DNA of 20,000 nucleotides from an uncultured virus (IMG/VR IMGVR_UViG_3300042141_000203) (Duplodnaviria; Heunggongvirae; Uroviricota; Caudoviricetes): IMG/VR virus record IMGVR_UViG_3300042141_000203. One strand, given 5' to 3'. Position 1 is the stretch's first letter. Each line of letters starts with the position of its first letter. A program made the translations under genes and the position numbers. Under the pieces are notes generated by a model. That model was not told the origin of the DNA. It worked only from the letters and a program-made list of their open reading frames with translations, and did no database searches. Positions 7,560 to 14,340 of the stretch are shown here, piece after piece.

Positions 7560-8033
7560 ATGGATTTCAAGGACGCAATCCAAGCACTAGCAGGACGCAG
7601 GGCCGAGCTGCACGCCGGGCAGGCCAGCTCCAGGCCGTTGTCGGAGAACTACGAGGACGTGGGCATCGCCGGCGAGTTTGCGTTCGGCCAGTTCTGCGGG
7701 CTGATGCCCGACCTGGACGAACGGCCGGACGGCGATGGCGGAGTCGATTTCGTGCTGCCGCTGTTGTTCACCGTGGACGTGAAAACCGCCAGGAAGGCCC
7801 ACAACCTCATTCACGAGCAGGGAAAGCCGTTCGCTGACGTGTTCGTGCTCGCGGAGTATTTCGATGCAACTCGAAACGCCCGCCTTGTGGGCTGGGAATA
7901 CGGCCGCAAGCTGGCCGCCGCGCCGGTCCGCGATTTCGGCTACGGGGTGTTGAATCACTACATCGCACGTTCGGAGCTGCGGCCAATGGACGAGCTGGCC
8001 GCCAGGATCGCCAAGCAAGGAGTAAGGCAGTGA
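7560..8033 (+). CDS. PD-(D/E)XK nuclease-fold protein
   Basis: GIAGEFAF (motif I), GDGGVDF, VDVKT (D-x-K); GGAGG RBS. Confidence 0.65.
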   Translation: MDFKDAIQALAGRRAELHAGQASSRPLSENYEDVGIAGEFAFGQFCGLMPDLDERPDGDGGVDFVLPLLFTVDVKTARKAHNLIHEQGKPFADVFVLAEYFDATRNARLVGWEYGRKLAAAPVRDFGYGVLNHYIARSELRPMDELAARIAKQGVRQ

Positions 8034-8953
8034 CACACTGGTTTCCACTATTCGGTCGCGACTTCCTCGCGGCCACGACGGGATGGACGGCCGAGGAGCG
8101 CGGCCACTACATCACGCTGCTGATAGTCCAATGGGAACAAGGCGCCCTGCCGGACGACGTGAAGCGTCTGGAGCTGATTTCGCCAGGCATCCGCTCCTGC
8201 TGGAAGGCGATCGCCGACAAGTTCCCGATCTGGCAGGACGGCCGCCGGCGCAACACCAGGCTCGAGCACGAGCGTTCTAAGGCCGAGGGCCGCAGCGAGA
8301 AGGCTCGTCAGTCGGCATCGCGACTGTGGGCCGGCAAGCGTCCGGAAGCACCAAAGCAGGCCGATTGCCAACCTCCCGCAGAACCCCCATCCTGCCAGAA
8401 TGGCATATGCGATGGCATATGCGATGGCATATGCGAACGCATCAGCGAACGCACCAGCGAAGGCATATGCTCGGCACCATGCTCGGCGGATGCTTCCACA
8501 ACCACATATATTTCATCATCATCAACGCGCGAGAAAAACGTGGCCCCGGAGGGCTGGGAAGGCTTCCGCGAGGGGTGGAATACGGGGGCCTCCGCAGGAC
8601 ACCGGAGGCCATGGCTATCGGCCTCCCCGCCCCCTGCCCTGTCTGACCGCCTGGCGGAGCCCGGCTGGCTGGACGAGGCCGCCAGGGCCATGCCCATGCT
8701 CCAGGCCTGCCGGCGGTTCGCCTCGCCCGTCAGCCTGGGCCAGTTCTGCAAGCCGGGGTTCGTGGCCGAGGTCCTGGGCGGGTACTACCGCGACCGGCCG
8801 CGCGGCCGGCGGGAGCCCGACGCCCCTGCGGCTCCGCAGGTCGACCCGGCCTTTGAGGCCGCGGCACGGGCGACGATGGCGCGCGAGGAAGCCCGCCGCA
8901 AGGCGGAGCACCGCCGCCTGGACGAGCTGGCCGCCACGGGGGGCGACGCATGA
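8030..8953 (+). CDS. DUF1376/YdaU-like replication initiator
   Basis: WFPLFGRDFLAATTGWTAEERGHYITLLIVQW..GALPDD N-terminus; internal 12-bp repeats as in lambdoid O-type genes. Confidence 0.85.
   Translation: MTHWFPLFGRDFLAATTGWTAEERGHYITLLIVQWEQGALPDDVKRLELISPGIRSCWKAIADKFPIWQDGRRRNTRLEHERSKAEGRSEKARQSASRLWAGKRPEAPKQADCQPPAEPPSCQNGICDGICDGICERISERTSEGICSAPCSADASTTTYISSSSTREKNVAPEGWEGFREGWNTGASAGHRRPWLSASPPPALSDRLAEPGWLDEAARAMPMLQACRRFASPVSLGQFCKPGFVAEVLGGYYRDRPRGRREPDAPAAPQVDPAFEAAARATMAREEARRKAEHRRLDELAATGGDA
8401..8524. repeat. putative replication origin iterons
   Basis: TGGCATATGCGA x3, then degenerate 12-bp units (ACGCATCAGCGA, ACGCACCAGCGA, AGGCATATGCTC...), followed by AT-rich ACATATATTTCATCATCATCAA. 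Confidence 0.75.
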
Positions 8954-9150
8954 CGCCGCGGCAGCGCGAGGTCTGCGACGCGATCGTCACGCTCACGGAG
9001 CGTATGGGCCATCCGCCGACGCTGCGCGAGGTCGGCGCGTTTCTCGGCACGCTGCCGAGTGACGTTCACCAGAAGCTCGCGCGGCTGCGCCGTGACGGGC
9101 GCGTCGAGTGGAAGCCGCATCAGTGCCGGACGCTGCGTGTGGTGAAATGA
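8950..9150 (+). CDS. stand-alone LexA-type winged-helix DNA-binding protein
   Basis: MTPRQREVCDAI......GHPPTLREVG..LG.....VHQKL..LRRDG.V......RTL matches the LexA N-terminal domain; no peptidase domain. Confidence 0.85.
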   Translation: MTPRQREVCDAIVTLTERMGHPPTLREVGAFLGTLPSDVHQKLARLRRDGRVEWKPHQCRTLRVVK

Positions 9151-9193
9151 AAGTGTGCAACCGATGCAACGCGGAGAAGGAGACAAACGGGCT

Positions 9194-9424
9194 ATGTCAG
9201 AACTGCGGCAGTCCAGAGTTTCGGATAGCGTCGAGCACCCCGCCCACTACACGACGCACCCAAGCGGCATCGAGTGCATCACAATCGCGGAAGCGTTCAA
9301 CTTCAACGTCGGCAACGCCATCAAGTACCTGTGGCGTGCCGGACTCAAAGGCGACGCCATCGAGGACCTGCGGAAAGCGGCGTGGTACATCAACCGCGAA
9401 ATCGAAAGGCGCACCAGTGAGTGA
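9194..9424 (+). CDS. DUF3310 family protein (SaV / T7 gp1.7-like)
   Basis: VEHPAHYT...IECI....FNVGNAIKYLWRAGLKG..IEDLRKAAWYI. Confidence 0.9.
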   Translation: MSELRQSRVSDSVEHPAHYTTHPSGIECITIAEAFNFNVGNAIKYLWRAGLKGDAIEDLRKAAWYINREIERRTSE

Positions 9425-9974
9425 TCTGGTCGATCGTCTACGCGAGAGCGTCAAGGCCTGCCGTGCATTGGATCGCTCGGCGCTGCTTGAGGAGGCGGCA
9501 GAGGAGATTGAGCTACTGCGCCGCGAGCGTGACGCCACGATGGAGGACTACCGCAGGCTTTCGACGCGATGGGACACGGCGGTCGCCGAATGGGCAGCGG
9601 AAACGCGAAAACTTCATGCGATGATTGACGCCCTACGAGCCATTCACGACGCCGCGCCGGCGGCGATAGCCCGTACAGACGCCGACAGGGACCGCACCGA
9701 TAAAGCGGCACCCCAACCCGGCGAGGGCACCGGCGATATTGTGACGCGGCTGCGGCAGACGCGGGCCAACATGATCGGCACCGATGACGAGGATCACTAT
9801 TTCGACTGCCATGAGGCGGCGGCCGAGATTGAGCGATTGCGGTCGTGGGGCAGGCTCACCGACGAGGAGCGGGCGGCCGTTGCAGTCGCCATTGATGAGT
9901 GCGAGTCGATGCCGGTGACACGATCCCGTGTCGCTGCCGATACGCTGCGGAGCGTTCTGGAGCGATTGAAGTGA
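9417..9974 (+). CDS. hypothetical modular protein
   Basis: GTG start overlapping the DUF3310 stop; repeated D(L/I)VxRLR...EAAxEIExLR modules and an LTDEER module. Confidence 0.7.
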   Translation: MSDLVDRLRESVKACRALDRSALLEEAAEEIELLRRERDATMEDYRRLSTRWDTAVAEWAAETRKLHAMIDALRAIHDAAPAAIARTDADRDRTDKAAPQPGEGTGDIVTRLRQTRANMIGTDDEDHYFDCHEAAAEIERLRSWGRLTDEERAAVAVAIDECESMPVTRSRVAADTLRSVLERLK

Positions 9975-10021
9975 TAACGCCAGCGATCAGCGGCTCCGTC
10001 CGCTGCATCGCGTGGTTCTCA
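9972..10021 (-). mobile_element. attC-like recombination site 1
   Basis: Minus strand: GAGAAC, 5 bp, GATGCAGC (8 nt L''), GG-A-CGGAG-CC, GCTGATC (7 nt L'), 6 bp, GTTATCA; unpaired bases at + strand 10006 and 9999. Confidence 0.8.
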
Positions 10022-10033
10022 CAAGGAGCAAGC

Positions 10034-10351
10034 ATGGCTGACGGCAAAGGATGCAAGTGTGCGGCCCATTCGGAATCCGAGTGCGGCTGCGATGCCGATT
10101 GGACGCCGCAAGAGGTGTACGACCTGCGGGCCGAAAATGAGCGGCTCAAAAAAGCCATTCGCCGCATAGCAGAGCAGGACGCCACGCTGTCGGTATGCGA
10201 CGGCAACGTGACAGTGACCATGGACGCCACGCTCACCGACGAGGAGCGGGAGGCGATTGCCTACGCTGCAAAAATAGTGCGGCTTTCTGGTAAAAAGGTA
10301 GACCGGATGCGGTCGGATGTTATGGCGGCACTGCTCGCCAAATCTGAGTGA
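10034..10351 (+). CDS. hypothetical protein with Cys-rich N-terminus (cassette A gene)
   Basis: AAGGAG RBS; CKCAAHSESECGC motif; LTDEEREAI module; stop codon lies inside the R box of attC site 2. Confidence 0.75.
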   Translation: MADGKGCKCAAHSESECGCDADWTPQEVYDLRAENERLKKAIRRIAEQDATLSVCDGNVTVTMDATLTDEEREAIAYAAKIVRLSGKKVDRMRSDVMAALLAKSE

Positions 10352-10437
10352 GAACACGGAAGATCAACGGCGGCCACGCGAGGACTCACCATGACACATG
10401 ACGCTGAAGGGCCGTCCGTTGCATCGGCTGGTTCTAT
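10349..10437 (-). mobile_element. attC-like recombination site 2
   Basis: + strand: AAC, 6 bp, GATCAAC-GG-CGGCC ... GGCCG-[T]-CC-GTTG-[C]-ATC, 5 bp, GTT; two extrahelical bases at the canonical positions. Confidence 0.85.
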
Positions 10438-11491
10438 GCCGCTCACATTCGGGTCACTTTTCGCAGGCATTGGAGGCTTTGACCTTGGACTTGAACGCGC
10501 TGGGATGCGATGCGAATGGCAAGTCGAAATCGACCCATACGCCAGAGCCGTGCTCGCCAAGCACTGGCCCGACGTGCGCCGCTGGGAAGACGTGCGGACG
10601 TTCCCGCCGAAGGAAGGCGAGTGGGGCGTCGATGTCATCTGCGGCGGATTCCCCTGCCAAGACATCAGCGTTGCCGGAAAGGGTGCCGGCCTCGCCGGAT
10701 CGAGGTCCGGTCTTTGGTACGAATACGCTCGGATCATTGGCGAGCTACGACCCCGCTACGTCATCGTGGAGAACGTCGCAGCTCTCCTTACTCGAGGGGC
10801 CGATGTTGTTCTCGGGACGCTGGCCTCGCTCGGGTATGACGCGGAATGGCACGTTATTCCAGCTTCAGCCGTTGGTGCGCCGCACCGACGGGACAGGCTC
10901 TGGATCATTGCCTACGCCAACTGCGGACAAGTGCATCGGCTGCGAGCCGACCCCGGAGATGGCGGAGCGGTTCCGGCGCAAGGGCAGCAGCGGGAGTTTC
11001 GTCGAGGCGATGGCTGCGAAGATGTATCCGACACCATCGGCATCGCAGATGCCTTGCGAGGGGACGGTTCGGCTGGCTCGCCAGCGATGGCTGGACGGCG
11101 ACTGCACGCTGGAGGAAGCCAACGCAATCGCGGGACGCGATGTGCGGGACAAGCAGGGCAAGGTGCCTGCGATGTGGCCGACGCCGAAGGCATCGGCCGC
11201 AGGGCCGGACTTTGCCAAGACAACGCGGAGCAAGACGGGCATCAGCCTAGCGACGGCTGCGGCCATGTGGCCGACGCCGACCACGCAGGACGCATCGAAC
11301 AACGGCGGCCCGAGCCAGTATCAGCGGAACAGCTTGCCGCTCAATGCGCCGGCTGGTGGAGCGTTGAACCCGACGTGGGTCGAGTGGCTCATGGGGTTCC
11401 CGCTCGGGTGGACCGTCTGCGATGCCTCGGGAACGCGGTCGTCCCGCAGATCGTCGAAGTCATCGGGCGAGCAATAGTTGAGGCGGCGTAA
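10391..11491 (+). CDS. DNA cytosine-C5 methyltransferase, large (alpha) polypeptide (cassette B gene)
   Basis: Motifs I (SLFAGIGG), IV (GGFPCQD), VI (ENV), VIII (PHRRDR), X (LGNAVVPQ); motif IX absent from this frame. Confidence 0.92.
   Translation: MTHDAEGPSVASAGSMPLTFGSLFAGIGGFDLGLERAGMRCEWQVEIDPYARAVLAKHWPDVRRWEDVRTFPPKEGEWGVDVICGGFPCQDISVAGKGAGLAGSRSGLWYEYARIIGELRPRYVIVENVAALLTRGADVVLGTLASLGYDAEWHVIPASAVGAPHRRDRLWIIAYANCGQVHRLRADPGDGGAVPAQGQQREFRRGDGCEDVSDTIGIADALRGDGSAGSPAMAGRRLHAGGSQRNRGTRCAGQAGQGACDVADAEGIGRRAGLCQDNAEQDGHQPSDGCGHVADADHAGRIEQRRPEPVSAEQLAAQCAGWWSVEPDVGRVAHGVPARVDRLRCLGNAVVPQIVEVIGRAIVEAA
10632..11477 (+). CDS. nested alternative-frame (beta) polypeptide of the C5 methyltransferase (frame open from 10398)
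   Basis: Open for 359 codons inside the MTase gene; four xPTP repeat modules; C-terminal LNPTWVEWLMGFPLGWT resembles motif IX. Confidence 0.7.
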   Translation: MSSAADSPAKTSALPERVPASPDRGPVFGTNTLGSLASYDPATSSWRTSQLSLLEGPMLFSGRWPRSGMTRNGTLFQLQPLVRRTDGTGSGSLPTPTADKCIGCEPTPEMAERFRRKGSSGSFVEAMAAKMYPTPSASQMPCEGTVRLARQRWLDGDCTLEEANAIAGRDVRDKQGKVPAMWPTPKASAAGPDFAKTTRSKTGISLATAAAMWPTPTTQDASNNGGPSQYQRNSLPLNAPAGGALNPTWVEWLMGFPLGWTVCDASGTRSSRRSSKSSGEQ

Positions 11492-11503
11492 GGCATAGAA
11501 CAA

Positions 11504-11533
11504 GAATTAGGCTGCGAACTGGCAGCCTAATTC
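11504..11533. repeat. perfect 12-bp inverted repeat at the cassette-array boundary
   Basis: GAATTAGGCTGC-GAACTG-GCAGCCTAATTC. Confidence 0.8.
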
Positions 11534-11612
11534 GGCGGCGAGTGCGGTTATAGGCCGAGACGCAGCAGGCGGCCGGCGTTATCCGGCGAACACTGGACTA
11601 GGGGATTTTGAG

Positions 11613-11951
11613 ATGGGCCGCGCATCACGCGAGAAAGGCAAAAGAGGCGAGCGCGAGGCTGCGGCCGAATTGGGCGCGGCCCTTGGTGTCGCCGCGCGTC
11701 GTGGCGTCCAGTTTCACGGCGGCCCTGACTCGCCGGATGTGGTGATCGAGGCCGCGATCCACGTCGAGGCCAAGCGTGTTGAATCGCTGCAGCTCTACCC
11801 GGCCGTCGAGCAGGCGACGAGCGACGCGCCGCCTGGCAAGGTGCCGATCGTCTGGCACCGTCGAAACAACAAGCCGAGCGTGGTGATTGTGGAAACGTCG
11901 AGGCTCGTGGACCTGGCCCGCGCAATCGTGGCCGCGGCGGAGGGTCGCTAG
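11613..11951 (+). CDS. Holliday junction resolvase-like PD-(D/E)XK protein (Hjc-type)
   Basis: SREKGKRGERE...SPDV...IHVEAKR signature. Confidence 0.82.
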   Translation: MGRASREKGKRGEREAAAELGAALGVAARRGVQFHGGPDSPDVVIEAAIHVEAKRVESLQLYPAVEQATSDAPPGKVPIVWHRRNNKPSVVIVETSRLVDLARAIVAAAEGR

Positions 11952-14059
11952 TGGTCGCGAAATCGAAAGAGGCGATCGAGAACCGCCGCAAGGCGACGCT
12001 CGAGCGTGGCCGCGCGACGACGCGACTCGGCGCGGACATTGGGGCGATTCCAAAAACCGCGGTGCCGGACCGGCGCGACGCGTGCCGGCTCGACCTGGCG
12101 AAGTTCCTCGTGGAGTATTTCCCAAACTCCACCGGCCTCTCGCCATTCTCCGACGACCATCTGCGGGTGATCGGCAGGATTCAAGACTGCATCCTGCGCG
12201 GAGGCCGTTTCGTCAACGCGGTGTACCGCGGCTTCGCGAAATCGACGATCAGCGAAAACTCGCTCATTTGGGCGATGCTCTACGGGCATCGCCGATTCGG
12301 TGCGATCTTCGCGGCCGAGGCGGACCTGGCGGCGAAAGCCATCACGTCGATCAAGCTGGAGCTGGCCGAAAACGACCTGCTGTTTGAGGACTTTCCCGAG
12401 GTCTGCGTGCCTGTGCGGGCCCTGGAGGGAAAGCCGCAACGCTGCCTGTCGCAGACCTGCGGCGGCGAGCACACTCATATCCGCTGGAACGCCGATTCCA
12501 TCGTCCTGCCGGCGATCAAGGGCTCGGCGAGTGCCGGGTCGATCATCTTCTCGCGCGGCCTCACGGGCTCGATCCTGGGACTGCGGCACAAGTCGCCGGA
12601 CGGCACCCAACTGCGGCCGGACTTCGTGATCGTGGACGATCCGCAGACGCGGGAAAGCGCGGCCTCCACGGTGCAGGTGCAGAAGCGGCTCGAAATACTT
12701 TCCAAGAGCGTGATGAAGCTCGCCGGGCACACGAAAAGCATCGCGTGCGTGGTCAATGCGACGGTGATCCAGGTCGACGATATGGTCGACCAGCTTCTCG
12801 ACCCGCGGAAATACCCGGCCTACCAGGGCGAGCGTATTCCGATGGTCCGCTCGTGGTCCAAGGGTCACGAAGAACTGTGGCTCGGCAAGTATCGCGACCT
12901 ACGCAACACGTTCGACAAGGACAAGGTGGGCGACCAGGCCCGTGCCCATCGCGAGGCCAATGAGTTCTACTTGGCGAATCGCGTGGCGATGGACGAGGAT
13001 TGTGCGGTGTCGTGGGCGAGCTGCTTCGACCCCGACGCGGAACACTCCGCGATCCAGCACGCGTACAACGCGCTGATCGACGACGGCGAGGACGTGTTCG
13101 CGAGCGAGTTCCAGCAAAAGCCGCTCGCCAACGAGGCGAAGTCGGCGGCCCTTGCCGGCGAGGACGTTCGCAGCCGCGCCGTGAACGTGCCGCGGTGGAT
13201 CGTGCCGGCCGGACTCGACACGCTCACTGCCTTCGTGGACGTGCAGGAAAAGCTCCTCTACTGGTCGATCGTCGCCTGGGGTCACCAGCTCCGCGGCCAC
13301 GTCGTCGCCTACGGCACCTACCCGGAGCAATCGCGCGCGTACTTCACGCTCCGCGACGCCCGTAAGACGCTGGTGGCGGCTGCTGGCGGGGCCGGCCTGG
13401 AGGCGGCGATCCATGCCGGGCTCGAGCGGGTGGCTATCGAAATACTCGACCGCGAGTTTTCTCGCGAAACGGACGATGCGGTACTCCGGGTCGCGCAAAT
13501 GTTCGTCGATGCCAACTGGGCACAGACGGCCGGCGTGGTCCGCGACTTCGCCAGGCGGTCACAGTGGGGGCCGCGCGTGATCCCGACGCACGGGCGATTC
13601 GTGGGTGCGTCCGGCTCGACCCTCTCGGACAAGCGGCCTGACCGCGGCGAGCGAGTTGGGGCAAACTGGCGAACGAGCACGATCTTGAAGCAGCGGCACG
13701 TCTTGTACGACACGAACGCGTGGAAGTCGTTTTTCGCCGCGCGGATGAAGCTGCCGGCGAGCGATCCGCAGGCCTTCACGATTCACGCCGGCAATCACGA
13801 GCTGCTGGCCGAGCACCTGACGAGCGAGTATCCGACTCGCGTGGAGGCTCGTGGCCGCGTCGTGGACGAGTGGCGGATGATCCCAGGCCGCGATAACCAC
13901 TGGCTCGATTGCGTGGTCGGCGCGGCCGTGGCCGCCTCGTTCACTGGCATTTCGGCCGTCGGTGCCGAGGCGCGGCCGCTGGCGACAGTGCGGCGGTCGA
14001 TCTCGAAGGAGCAGATGGCGGCGAAGCGCGCCGAGCTTTTGGCCCGTTTAGGCCGCTAA
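11951..14059 (+). CDS. terL: terminase large subunit (C-terminal GpA-like nuclease)
   Basis: Walker A-like YRGFAKST, Walker B FVIVDDPQ, nuclease FVDVQ and NHWLDC; upstream of the portal. Confidence 0.88.
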   Translation: MVAKSKEAIENRRKATLERGRATTRLGADIGAIPKTAVPDRRDACRLDLAKFLVEYFPNSTGLSPFSDDHLRVIGRIQDCILRGGRFVNAVYRGFAKSTISENSLIWAMLYGHRRFGAIFAAEADLAAKAITSIKLELAENDLLFEDFPEVCVPVRALEGKPQRCLSQTCGGEHTHIRWNADSIVLPAIKGSASAGSIIFSRGLTGSILGLRHKSPDGTQLRPDFVIVDDPQTRESAASTVQVQKRLEILSKSVMKLAGHTKSIACVVNATVIQVDDMVDQLLDPRKYPAYQGERIPMVRSWSKGHEELWLGKYRDLRNTFDKDKVGDQARAHREANEFYLANRVAMDEDCAVSWASCFDPDAEHSAIQHAYNALIDDGEDVFASEFQQKPLANEAKSAALAGEDVRSRAVNVPRWIVPAGLDTLTAFVDVQEKLLYWSIVAWGHQLRGHVVAYGTYPEQSRAYFTLRDARKTLVAAAGGAGLEAAIHAGLERVAIEILDREFSRETDDAVLRVAQMFVDANWAQTAGVVRDFARRSQWGPRVIPTHGRFVGASGSTLSDKRPDRGERVGANWRTSTILKQRHVLYDTNAWKSFFAARMKLPASDPQAFTIHAGNHELLAEHLTSEYPTRVEARGRVVDEWRMIPGRDNHWLDCVVGAAVAASFTGISAVGAEARPLATVRRSISKEQMAAKRAELLARLGR

Positions 14060-14067
14060 AGGCGAGG

Positions 14068-14112
14068 TGGACAATGGTACACTAACGGGTAGGCTTGCTG
14101 CTGACCCGTTAG
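14068..14112 (+). promoter_or_regulatory. possible late promoter with overlapping inverted repeat
   Basis: TGGACA, 16 bp, TAGGCT; CTAACGGGT/ACCCGTTAG inverted repeat at 14082-14112. Confidence 0.35.
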
Positions 14113-14121
14113 AGGTGCCCA

Positions 14122-14340
14122 TTGGCAGACAACCAGGACGTGCTCGACGCCATCGCTGCAAATCTCGCGCAGCCGCGTCGTGCGCGGACGGACGCCGGCG
14201 AGGTTGAGCAACACGAGCTGCACCGCCAGGTCGAGGCTGCCAAGTTCGTGATGGGGCAGCGGGCCAACGCCAACGCCGCCAAGTCGCCGTGGCTGTCGAT
14301 GCGGTTCGCCCGCCAAGAGTCTCCGGGGGCGATCGGCTGA
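14122..14340 (+). CDS. small head-associated protein (lambda gpW position)
   Basis: TTG start after GAGG; lies between terL and portal; TGATG coupling to the portal. Confidence 0.65.
   Translation: MADNQDVLDAIAANLAQPRRARTDAGEVEQHELHRQVEAAKFVMGQRANANAAKSPWLSMRFARQESPGAIG

Noticed and set aside
7560..8033. Restriction endonuclease of an R-M system
   Set aside because: Not linked to either MTase; orphan MTases and PD-(D/E)XK proteins are common in phage early regions
8401..8500. CRISPR array or diversity-generating repeat
   Set aside because: 12-bp tandem units with no spacers; no cas or reverse transcriptase gene in the window
14082..14112. Third attC site (TAAC...GTTA)
   Set aside because: Only 31 bp, a simple stem with no L boxes or extrahelical bases
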